IMG/VR virus record: IMGVR_UViG_3300048838_000238
Span: 1-64,000 of that record
Direction: 5' to 3' (one strand)
Origin: a virus
Length of the DNA: 64,000 nucleotides
The position numbers and the translations under genes were made by a program. Position 1 is the first letter of the stretch, and every line of letters starts with the position of its first letter. Positions 54,625 through 63,298 of this stretch are shown one piece after another. Under the pieces are notes generated by a model. The model saw only the letters and a program-made list of their open reading frames with translations. It did not search any database and had not been told where the DNA came from.

Positions 54625-54719
54625 CTATATCACCTAGATATCACCGCTTAGTTCTTGAAACTCCAGTCGGCGAGTTGCTTGCGTCTATAGGGTATTCGCC
54701 GCTGATATCAGGATCTTGG
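54625..54719 (-). promoter_or_regulatory. Promoter (54693-54719) and operator (54625-54643)
   Basis: CCAA-N15-GGCGAATA; ctatatc-accta-gatatca. Confidence 0.75.
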
Positions 54720-54828
54720 TCGGAATTAGCGGTTCTTTCCAGTGACTGAACACTCGTTCATCTACATTCAGACCACCCACTTTTGCTATCATCACGAAAG
54801 ATACAGACGAACTCTACGGGAGACGAAC

Positions 54829-55770
54829 ATGAGACACCTTCATTTCCTGATAGTGACCGCGATTGCCGCGTCCGCGTTCGGTCAGGGGCTATCTCCAACA
54901 GACGCATATGTTGAAGCGCACCACCGGCACTACGAGGCGCGGCGTGCAGAACTCATAGAAAAGCTGGCCGAAGCGACCGCCGAATACCAGCCGATTCGCG
55001 ATGCCAAAGTTGATCGCCGCGCGGAGTCGCTGGCTGCCTTGACGGTAACTTTCGGAGAAGGTGCCGACGCCGTCCAGTGGTTTGAAGACGAAAATGATGC
55101 CGTCTACTTTAGAACAGCTCGCGAGAAACGCTCTGTCACCGAAAGGTACGAACGACTCTACATTGATCCACGAAAAAAGGAACTTGCCGACTTGCCATTG
55201 ACGTACACAGACGAGCGTCCGTCGATGCCGTTTTCTGGCTCGCACCCAGGAATCATCCGGTGGAAGCCTTACGTATTCCAGGTAATCGACGACGACGAAG
55301 TGCTTTTGCGAGTCTTCAAGGACACCATTTTGTACTTCAAAGGCGTAGCGACTGAAGGCATGGTTGACGGCGAGTACATCAACTTAGATGGAGCGTATCA
55401 CAGTACCGGCACAACAACCTACCAGACTGCCTCCGGTGGATCGAAGACTGTCCGTGTGATCGAGCCGTTCGATACGTCCTCGGCTGATGCCATTATCTCA
55501 GAAAAACACGTTGAATTCTTGGACCGTCTAACCGCCGAGATGAAGAAATTAACCGCCGCAAATAAGAAGGAGACGGCAGACATTCGCGAATCCCTTACCC
55601 GCGAATTCACCGACATCACCGGCACATTCAAAGTGAAAGCCGAATACGCCGGGTACGCTAGCGGAAACGTCCGTCTCAAAAAAGAGAACGGCGAAACCAT
55701 TAGCGTTCCACTGGCAAAGCTGTCGGATACCGACAGACGGTGGGTCGCTGAACAAACCGCGAGGGATTAA
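54829..55770 (+). CDS. Secreted protein with C-terminal SHD1 domain (moron)
   Basis: Signal peptide MRHLHFLIVTAIAASAFG; REFTDITGTFKVKAEY...VRLKKENGETISVPLAKLSDTDRRWV; extended -10 TGcTATCAT at 54784-54792. Confidence 0.8.
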   Translation: MRHLHFLIVTAIAASAFGQGLSPTDAYVEAHHRHYEARRAELIEKLAEATAEYQPIRDAKVDRRAESLAALTVTFGEGADAVQWFEDENDAVYFRTAREKRSVTERYERLYIDPRKKELADLPLTYTDERPSMPFSGSHPGIIRWKPYVFQVIDDDEVLLRVFKDTILYFKGVATEGMVDGEYINLDGAYHSTGTTTYQTASGGSKTVRVIEPFDTSSADAIISEKHVEFLDRLTAEMKKLTAANKKETADIRESLTREFTDITGTFKVKAEYAGYASGNVRLKKENGETISVPLAKLSDTDRRWVAEQTARD

Positions 55771-58700
55771 CGCGGGATTCCGGCCTTGCGACTGGCGGTC
55801 ACTTGTGTAACTTGCAGGTTTCTCGTTTGCTTATCGGCTGCCAGCATCTTACTGACTTCTGCCAAGATCGCCTGATTATCTCGGTCGGTGTTCACGTTGA
55901 GGGCATTTTGGATCTGACGCAGCACCTCGTCGCGGTCTGTCACGACAGTGACATTGACGTCCGTTTTGGTTGTGACTTTCGCGGAAATCTCTTCTGCGAG
56001 TTTGTCGTGTGCTGGCCGCGACCGGGACTCGTGTTCCTGTACCGTGTTCCGGTTTTGGCTTTCTCTTGCGACAACCTCGTCCTGGAGCTGCCGCTTATTG
56101 CGGTCAGCGTCATTGGCGCGAGCACGTTCGTCGCCGCCGAGAATATCCTCGACTCGCCCGAAGCCGCCGGCGCGGGCCGACTGGTCGAAGCCTCGCCGCT
56201 GAATGTCTTCTCCCACCCGCAAGCCGCTTGAGCCTAAGATGTTCCGGTCTTCTCGCGACAAGCCGGAAGCGATCGCGTCACGCCGTCTATTCTCCGCATC
56301 CTCCAACTTCTGCTGCTCGTCGCCTGAGATCGGCATACCGGCTTGTTGTTTCGCCTTAATGGCATTGACCTCGCCATCGCGTTTCCGCTTCTCCTGCGAG
56401 GTTTGCGCGACATCGAACTGGACCATGTCCCTGGAGTTCATGGCTTTCGCCATGCGCTCTTTGGCCTTGGCGTGTCTTTCTTCCGCAGCCTTGATCTTCT
56501 CCTTGCGGTCTGGAGACTCTGTACTGGCCGCGCGGACCGCCTCTTGGGCCTCTTTGATACGTTTGGCCGCCGCTTGCCGAGCCGCGAACTGCTCTTTAGC
56601 AGCTTCTGGAGACTGTTTTTTATCAAAGCCGAAGGCGTCTTTCTTCTCCGACTCCTGCTTTTCTAGCAACTTCTTCTGAGCTTCCCGAGCCGCTTCCAAT
56701 TCGCCTTGTGCGTCCGTGAACTTATTGCCCTTGCCGGTCTTGAGCGTCTTCAGTGCGTCGCCAGATTCGGCCAATTCCTTTTGTGCTGCGGTGTACTCTG
56801 TTTTGGCTGCGCCGATCTTGTCGCGATCCGCCTTACTCATCCCGGTTCTGTCGAATTCCAAGCCTTCCTTGCGAACCCGCTCGGCAGCCAAAACAAGCTT
56901 TTTCTGGTCGGATACATCCATCTGCCCGAACTTCTGACGGGCGTTGTCGATGCGGCCGCGCTCCATCTCGGCTATCTGGCCGCGAAGTTCAATCTCGCGA
57001 TGCAAGTCCGCGATCGCCGCGCGATTGGCCGCAAGTTTGGCCTTGGTGATCTCGTTCTCGATCGCTAGTCGATCTTTGCCAGCCGCGATGGCCCTAGCGT
57101 GTGCATCCTGAATCTTCTGATCGGCTTCATCTCGCTTCCTGGTCAGTTCGTCCAGGGATTGTTTCTCGTTGTCAGACAGACCTTTTGCACTCTGTTTTTT
57201 CAGCTCCAGATTTCGGATATCCGCGTTGACGTTTCCGCTGCTGTTCAGGTCTTCGGTTTCTTGCTTGCGAATCTTAGCAAGATCGTTTAGTGCGTCCTGC
57301 TGCTTCTTAATCAGAAGCGTTCTTTTCTCCAGCATCTCCGGACTGAGGAAGTCAGCGCCGCTGTCCCGCCTCTGCTTCTCCAATCCCGCAATCTTCTGGC
57401 TTCGCGCCGCGAACTCCGCAGGATTCCGATCATGCTCTAGCGACCGCTTCTCGCCAGCGATCTTGCGATCCAAGGCGGATTGCTTATCCTCCTGATCCGC
57501 GTTAGCGACGAAGCGTTTAACGTCGTTTTCCTGGAAGCCTAGTTCGTCCCGCTGCTCGGTGCGCTGCCGTTCTAGGTCCATCTCGCGACGGTGCTGCTCT
57601 AGCTCCTTGAGCATCCGCTCTTTGGAATCGGCGCGAGCCTTCTCGGCGCGCTCGACTCTGGCGGACGTCGCTGTCAGGTCAGTGATTGCCTTGCCGAATC
57701 CGTTCAAACCAGGAATGAGCTTTCCAATTGGACTGATCAAGGCATCGATCGCCCCTGCGCGGGCCTCCGAAGACAGTCCAGTCTTGGCAGCCATTTTGTC
57801 GAGCATGGCCATGAACTTGACTTCCCCGGTGGCGATATTGTCTCCCACCGAGCCTTGCTTCATGCCGCCGCCGAAACCGCTACTGCTGATCCCCTTGGCA
57901 AAATCCTTAGTGACGATCCCGGCCAAGACCGAAGATGCCACCGCTGCGATCGCTGCCGCAACAGGAACACCAATAGTCGCGGCCGTCATGCCGCCGGTCG
58001 CCGCCCCGGCGCCAGCGGCACCAGCACCTGCCGCGCCAGTCGTGGCAGCGCCTGCCGCAGTCGCCGTCCCGGCCGCGCCCGCGCCGGTTAACGCGGATTT
58101 AGCCGCAGTCGCCGCGACGCCCGTCGCCGCGCCCTTGATGGCTGCATTACCGACTCCTCTCGTCGCCTCACCGGAGACAGCAGAACCGGCCGCGCCAGTC
58201 GCAGCCCCTGTAGTGAATCTGCCAGCCGCGATACCTGCCGCACTCGCGGTACCGGATGCCGCCGCGCGACCAGCCGCACTAGCCGCGAACCGAGTAGCGG
58301 CATTACCAGCCGCTCCCGCTGCGCCACCGCCGCCGCGCCCTGCGTTGAGCCGCATGTATGCCGCCGCCGCTGCGTTGGCGGCCACCGCTTCGCGCGCTAA
58401 CGCCGCTGTCATTGCCGTCGACTTCGTGCCTCCGATCGCACTAGCGGCACTAGCGGCATCCATCATGCTTCGAAGATTGGTCCAGACTCCAGAGAGCCTC
58501 TGAATCGATTGCATCCCGCCGACAACGACGTCGAACGTCCCTTGCAATTTCGCCAGACCCTTGACGAAATCCTCCATGTTCTCGTCGCCGACCAAGCCGA
58601 GCATCCCGATGCCACGGGCAAGCTGCATTACCGATGCGGTCGATTCAGCGAGCGAGCCCATTAGCGCCCGACGGCTGCTGGTGTACTGATTCTGGATAGC

Positions 58701-60116
58701 CTGCGCCTTGGCGACGGCTTCGACTTGCGCGGCTGATACGCTCGCTGCCGCTTCCCGTTCTGCGGCTGCCGATTCACGGGCCATCTTCGTCTGATTTGTA
58801 TAGAACTGCTTTTTCAGTCCTTCCCGTTTCTTTATGACGACTTCTTGCTCTTTGGCTGAAAGCTGCATGAACTTCGAATCGTCTACCAAGCCGGCGCGTT
58901 GAGCGTTCGCGACTCGCTTCTGCCACTCCAGCTTCCACTCGGCGGTTCGCTTGGCGATGTCCTTTTCTTCGCGTTCTCGTTCGCGAATCCGATCTAAGAT
59001 GCCCTGCTCTCTTTGCCGGTTGTCGTAGCGGTCCTCGCCTGCCTCGTCCTGCGCTGCCTGGCTGACGACGGGCCGCGTCGATCGGCCACGAGGTGCATTG
59101 CGTGACGTCGGCGATTCCGGCTGTCCTGTCGCCGCTGGAGGGCTTCCTGGAAGAGACGCAAGGATTCGCTTCTTGGCGTCGACCATCCGCTTAGTTTCGG
59201 CGATGCCGTGGTCCGCTTGTCCGGACTCGATGGCGCGGATTTTCCGATCGAGTTCAGCGGTCCATACTCCGTAGTCGCGAAGAATCCGCTTAATGCGATC
59301 CGTTTCCGATTCCTTGGTCGCGACCGCCGTGCTGCTCGGCGGAGGGACATTGGTAGGCGCGTCGTTTCTTGCAACGACGTCGACTCGATTTGCGGGGACG
59401 TTCGGCTTGCTCGGGGCCGGCTGAACGATCGGCGATTCCGGCAGAGAACCACGACCCGATTGGCTGCCGTACACTTCTGCCAAGATTCGTTTCTTCGCGT
59501 CGACCATCCGACGTGTTTCGGCGACGGCATGATCAGCCATGCCGGTTTCAATGGCGCGGATCTTCTGGTCGTGTTCGCCATAGGCAGCTTCGTGTTCGCG
59601 CAGTATCCGCTTCACTCTGTCGGTTTCTGCCTCGGGACCGCGTCCGCCGGCCGGCAAGTCCTGGACCTGCGGAACCCGATACTGATCACCCGGCTTGCTG
59701 GCGGCTGGCGTGCCCCGGTTGGCTGCTGTAACACTCGATTGTGGAACGCTGCGCTGCGGAGCATTCGCAAACGCCTTCATTTGATCGGTGGCGGACTGAA
59801 AGACAGATCGAATCTGCCCCACGACAGCCGCGCCGGTCGCCTCGATGGCACTCTTCGCGCCGTCTCTCGCCGCCCGGAATGCCGACAGTTGTTCGCGGCC
59901 GAAACCGCGATTCAGCAACTCGACTTCCCGCTTGATCTGATCGCTCGCGGACGTTGCGTGACGAGACACATCGCGCATCGAGGACGCGATTGTCTGCTGC
60001 GTGGCAGTGACCTGCTTGCCTAAGTCCGATAAGACTTTAGAGGTTGCCGGATGAGCCTCGACGCCAACCCGAAAAAGAACGTCCGCGCCGCCGCCTTTTG
60101 TTTTTTTCTTAGCCAT
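55767..60116 (-). CDS. Tape measure protein
   Basis: 1449 aa, helical/coiled-coil with Ala/Gly-rich and hydrophobic segments, downstream of tail tube and chaperones. Confidence 0.8.
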   Translation of the reverse strand: MAKKKTKGGGADVLFRVGVEAHPATSKVLSDLGKQVTATQQTIASSMRDVSRHATSASDQIKREVELLNRGFGREQLSAFRAARDGAKSAIEATGAAVVGQIRSVFQSATDQMKAFANAPQRSVPQSSVTAANRGTPAASKPGDQYRVPQVQDLPAGGRGPEAETDRVKRILREHEAAYGEHDQKIRAIETGMADHAVAETRRMVDAKKRILAEVYGSQSGRGSLPESPIVQPAPSKPNVPANRVDVVARNDAPTNVPPPSSTAVATKESETDRIKRILRDYGVWTAELDRKIRAIESGQADHGIAETKRMVDAKKRILASLPGSPPAATGQPESPTSRNAPRGRSTRPVVSQAAQDEAGEDRYDNRQREQGILDRIREREREEKDIAKRTAEWKLEWQKRVANAQRAGLVDDSKFMQLSAKEQEVVIKKREGLKKQFYTNQTKMARESAAAEREAAASVSAAQVEAVAKAQAIQNQYTSSRRALMGSLAESTASVMQLARGIGMLGLVGDENMEDFVKGLAKLQGTFDVVVGGMQSIQRLSGVWTNLRSMMDAASAASAIGGTKSTAMTAALAREAVAANAAAAAYMRLNAGRGGGGAAGAAGNAATRFAASAAGRAAASGTASAAGIAAGRFTTGAATGAAGSAVSGEATRGVGNAAIKGAATGVAATAAKSALTGAGAAGTATAAGAATTGAAGAGAAGAGAATGGMTAATIGVPVAAAIAAVASSVLAGIVTKDFAKGISSSGFGGGMKQGSVGDNIATGEVKFMAMLDKMAAKTGLSSEARAGAIDALISPIGKLIPGLNGFGKAITDLTATSARVERAEKARADSKERMLKELEQHRREMDLERQRTEQRDELGFQENDVKRFVANADQEDKQSALDRKIAGEKRSLEHDRNPAEFAARSQKIAGLEKQRRDSGADFLSPEMLEKRTLLIKKQQDALNDLAKIRKQETEDLNSSGNVNADIRNLELKKQSAKGLSDNEKQSLDELTRKRDEADQKIQDAHARAIAAGKDRLAIENEITKAKLAANRAAIADLHREIELRGQIAEMERGRIDNARQKFGQMDVSDQKKLVLAAERVRKEGLEFDRTGMSKADRDKIGAAKTEYTAAQKELAESGDALKTLKTGKGNKFTDAQGELEAAREAQKKLLEKQESEKKDAFGFDKKQSPEAAKEQFAARQAAAKRIKEAQEAVRAASTESPDRKEKIKAAEERHAKAKERMAKAMNSRDMVQFDVAQTSQEKRKRDGEVNAIKAKQQAGMPISGDEQQKLEDAENRRRDAIASGLSREDRNILGSSGLRVGEDIQRRGFDQSARAGGFGRVEDILGGDERARANDADRNKRQLQDEVVARESQNRNTVQEHESRSRPAHDKLAEEISAKVTTKTDVNVTVVTDRDEVLRQIQNALNVNTDRDNQAILAEVSKMLAADKQTRNLQVTQVTASRKAGIPR

Positions 60117-60135
60117 TACGTGATTGTATCACGAA

Positions 60136-60202
60136 GAAAAAAGCCGCCCGCGCCGCTGACTAACCTTACGGGGCCGGTTGCGATGCCGGCGCGGCGCGGG
60201 CT
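60136..60202 (-). terminator. Intrinsic terminator-like structure ending the moron
   Basis: Minus strand gcccgcgccgc...gcggcgcgggc-ggctttttt with inner stem gccgg/ccggc. Confidence 0.6.
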
Positions 60203-60267
60203 AAGGATCGCATCTATGCGGACCATCCGAGCGAGCGGGCCTTGTCCAGGATGGCGGACTCATCCGC

Positions 60268-60561
60268 CTAATCCCACCGCTGACGCTGTTGTTGCGCGAC
60301 ATGCTCGCGCTGCAACCGCACCTCGTACCACACCGGCTCCGTGACGTGGTGCCTGTGCTCCTGATGTGTGAGGGTGTTTCCTCCCAACACGTATTCACGG
60401 TCGCCGTCGACCGCTACCGAACCAATCAACTCGTGTGCGTGCCCAGTCCGCTCGCCTGCGATGCGAATGCCAACGCGGCCTTCCTGGACTTGCGCACCGG
60501 TCGGCAACTCGCCAACCGGAACCAACAACACGTCACCCTGCCTGATTGCCACTGCATTCAT
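60268..60561 (-). CDS. Conserved His-rich small protein (DUF6745 partner)
   Basis: RQGDVLL...GERTGHAH...LTHQEH..YEVRLQRE. Confidence 0.75.
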   Translation of the reverse strand: MNAVAIRQGDVLLVPVGELPTGAQVQEGRVGIRIAGERTGHAHELIGSVAVDGDREYVLGGNTLTHQEHRHHVTEPVWYEVRLQREHVAQQQRQRWD

Positions 60562-60562
60562 C

Positions 60563-61651
60563 TTAGCTCTCTCTTTCTGGACGGTACTCGTCCGGATTCA
60601 TTGAAAATGTCCATGCCACGGCAGCACGGATACGTTGTGATGCCGTCTCGCCAGAACGAAGCGGCATTGCGAATTGGGCTGGCACACCGATGCGGTGTTG
60701 CTGTCCGGTTGACGGGCAGCGGACACAGACTTGAGCCTGCGAGACTCGGGCCGTCGTCCCATCGACAGTACGATTAGTAATGATCGCGCCGTCATCGCTG
60801 GCACAAACCAACACCGGGTTCCATATGCTGATTGCGTCGTCTTCTCCGCGTGGACCGAGCCAGTCTAGTAGTCGCAAGTCATCACTATTAGACTCGCGAT
60901 CATGGTCGCCATCGCGGCGAGAAGAGAAGGTGCGGTAGACCGCGATCTGCTCGTACCAAGGTACCGCAGTCCAGTCTCTATTATCCCACAGGGATGCCTG
61001 GTGCTGCGTGCCGAACACGCGGGCCAGCGTGCCGATCGCAGCGCGGCGACCAGCATTGCGAGCGCCTAGTGGTCGATTTGTGTTGTATTCCTCATTGGCT
61101 TGCAACGCAAGATCCGCGAGTGCAACCCGCAGCCCCCAACCGGCCAAGATGCGATTAGCGGTGCGGCGCGCCTCACGTAGCCATCGCTCAGCCAGTCCAG
61201 GTGACTGGAATCGCTGAGCTACGTTTACTGGCGAAACCAAGCAAGCCGGGCTGCCAATTCCCCGCGGACTAATACCGCGAGTGAATACCGCCGACAGTAA
61301 AGGGTACTCCGGCACCGCCCGCAGCCACCCGCAGACGCGGCGGGCATGGGAGTAGACGCGGTCCACCTCACATAGAGTTGACTCGCTCCACCGTGCAGAC
61401 CAATGGCATGGCACGCCGCTAATCAGATACCCGTGTCCCCAGTTGCGGGGCAGCTTCTCTTGCATTTCACGCGGCCAGTACATGACCGCGTTCTCTAGCC
61501 ATCTCTCAATCACGGCTCGCCGAATGAATGGCGAGCGACTCGGAGACTGGGCGTGATGCCATCGGACATGCCGGCGACCGAATGCACCGGGCGTGCGAAC
61601 GGGGCGGTCTACAGATAGATGATCTCGGACTTCGGCGGTAAGTACACACAT
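60563..61651 (-). CDS. Protein with DUF6745-like C-terminus
   Basis: VCVRCPSTGQQHRIGVP...AAVAWTF...YRPERES; AAGGAG RBS before ATG 61651. Confidence 0.65.
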   Translation of the reverse strand: MCVLTAEVRDHLSVDRPVRTPGAFGRRHVRWHHAQSPSRSPFIRRAVIERWLENAVMYWPREMQEKLPRNWGHGYLISGVPCHWSARWSESTLCEVDRVYSHARRVCGWLRAVPEYPLLSAVFTRGISPRGIGSPACLVSPVNVAQRFQSPGLAERWLREARRTANRILAGWGLRVALADLALQANEEYNTNRPLGARNAGRRAAIGTLARVFGTQHQASLWDNRDWTAVPWYEQIAVYRTFSSRRDGDHDRESNSDDLRLLDWLGPRGEDDAISIWNPVLVCASDDGAIITNRTVDGTTARVSQAQVCVRCPSTGQQHRIGVPAQFAMPLRSGETASQRIRAAVAWTFSMNPDEYRPERES

Positions 61652-61728
61652 CGTTGTCACTCCTTGTGGCTTCGCGGGCCACGGCTGCAACTCCATCAGT
61701 TGCCGATTTACGCTTGTTTCTTACAGGT

Positions 61729-61755
61729 AATTCGCCGCAATCCGGCGAATCTTGG
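61729..61755 (-). promoter_or_regulatory. Sigma28-like promoter with no operator
   Basis: CCAA-N15-GGCGAATT. Confidence 0.7.
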
Positions 61756-61997
61756 GAAGTTTTTTTCACGAAATCAGTGTACTATTCGCGAAACAGAACC
61801 GCCATCGCGCCGTCGGATCACCGCAACAAGAGCAAGAGCCAAAGCAACCAACTTTGGTTATCTTCAGAGACCTTTTTGCCGACGCCGGCAAGATGGTCCG
61901 TTTTAGCGACTTCGTTCACCGGACGTGGCGGCGCTGCGGATGGCGATGAAAACTTGTCCTTTAATGGAGGTCCGTTGTGACCCATGATTAGCTCCAG

Positions 61998-62414
61998 CTA
62001 TTCGCGAAAGAGAACAGCCAGCGCCCCGGCTAGTTCGTTCGCGAGTTGCTTAGACCTCTGGCGAGAAAGCAGCGTCTCGCATATTTCAAATCCGCGACGG
62101 GTCCAAGCATCCCCTGGATCGGCCACGCCGCCGCCCATAGCGCGATGCTCGTAGTAGAGTTGCAGGAGCTGCTCGTTGCGCGCCGAGAGAACGTGAAGAT
62201 ACTCTCTCTCGGGTGACTCCTTGGGGCACTGAAATCCGCCCCGGCAAGGCGGTGGACCGTACTGGATGACGGGAAGCAACTCGCCGTCGCCTACCATGTA
62301 CGTCTCGCGCTCGCCGGTCTTCATGTTGAAGACGAACTTCTGGCACTCAGAGCAAGGGATATTGGCGATCTGCGGGCTGTTGATCCTGAGCAACAACCCG
62401 CCGATTAGTTTCCC
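61998..62414 (-). CDS. Tail assembly chaperone, frameshifted C-terminal extension (gpT equivalent)
   Basis: The -1 frame from GGGAAAC reads K-L-I-G-G-L-L-L-R-I-N into ORF 61998..62396. Confidence 0.7.
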   Translation of the reverse strand, partial: GKLIGGLLLRINSPQIANIPCSECQKFVFNMKTGERETYMVGDGELLPVIQYGPPPCRGGFQCPKESPEREYLHVLSARNEQLLQLYYEHRAMGGGVADPGDAWTRRGFEICETLLSRQRSKQLANELAGALAVLFRE

Positions 62415-62866
62415 TCTGCTCCCCGCTGCCGCTCGCCAGATACCGTAGTCCCGGCGATCGCCGCTTCCAGTTCCAAGTCAGCTTCGTCGGTGACTTGCTT
62501 CTGCGTCCATTCGGGATCTGGGTCGGAGATCTGGCTGCCGTAGATCACGATCGCGGCCAGCCGGTCCCAAATATCGAAGAACAGCGTCAAGATAAATTCG
62601 GCGGTAATCGGCGCTTCGCTGCCGTCTTTCAGTTTGATGTCCCAGGACTTGATCCGAGATGCCAAGGCGCGGGCAAAGAGCAAGTCTTGAGCGGCCGGCG
62701 ACTTACCGTGCATTGAACCAAGCAAGGTACTGCGCTCGGTGATCAGCGTCGGCCGATAGCGAAACTTCACCGCTGGGTGCAAGAACGGAGCTTCGGCGAC
62801 ATAGCCATGCAGACTCCAGCCGTCGTCACCAGGAGGGCTGTAGCACAGAGTATTTGGGCACGACAC
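62405..62866 (-). CDS. Tail assembly chaperone (gpG equivalent)
   Basis: IKSWDI..DG...PIT motif; ends GAG GGA AAC TAA. Confidence 0.75.
   Translation of the reverse strand: MSCPNTLCYSPPGDDGWSLHGYVAEAPFLHPAVKFRYRPTLITERSTLLGSMHGKSPAAQDLLFARALASRIKSWDIKLKDGSEAPITAEFILTLFFDIWDRLAAIVIYGSQISDPDPEWTQKQVTDEADLELEAAIAGTTVSGERQRGAEGN
62408..62414 (-). other. -1 ribosomal frameshift slippery site G GGA AAC
   Basis: X XXY YYZ heptamer immediately before the stop codon. Confidence 0.8.
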
Positions 62867-62884
62867 GGTAGAGTTTCCCTTCAG

Positions 62885-63250
62885 CTATCGAGTGTCTTCG
62901 GCGCCAGTCTCGTCAGGTCCAGTCACAGCTTCTGCCACCGCTGGCGGCGCGAAGACTTTCGGTAGATCGCGGACCTTCTGGACCGGAACGTCAGCGACTG
63001 GCTTGATATTCGGCCGCGACTTGGGCTTTCGGTCCTTGAATTTTTGGCCCTTTGGCTTCTCCGGATCGACCGGTTTTGGAATCGGCTCGGTCATGGCCGT
63101 GATCGTCAGATAGATGCCGTCATCGCCGGAAACGTACTCCACGTCCGTGTACGCGGACGGATTCGAGAACGCGCGCCGGATGTTGCGGATAAGCTCATCC
63201 AGCTTCTCGCGCTTCCGTGGGTCGTCGTGGGCGATTCGGATCTTTTTCAT
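62885..63250 (-). CDS. Hypothetical protein
   Basis: 121-aa ORF between tail tube and chaperone. Confidence 0.55.
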   Translation of the reverse strand: MKKIRIAHDDPRKREKLDELIRNIRRAFSNPSAYTDVEYVSGDDGIYLTITAMTEPIPKPVDPEKPKGQKFKDRKPKSRPNIKPVADVPVQKVRDLPKVFAPPAVAEAVTGPDETGAEDTR

Positions 63251-63298
63251 GGCACACTCGGTCTGAGGTTTGAGCGACTAGCAACTAGCCGTTAGCTA

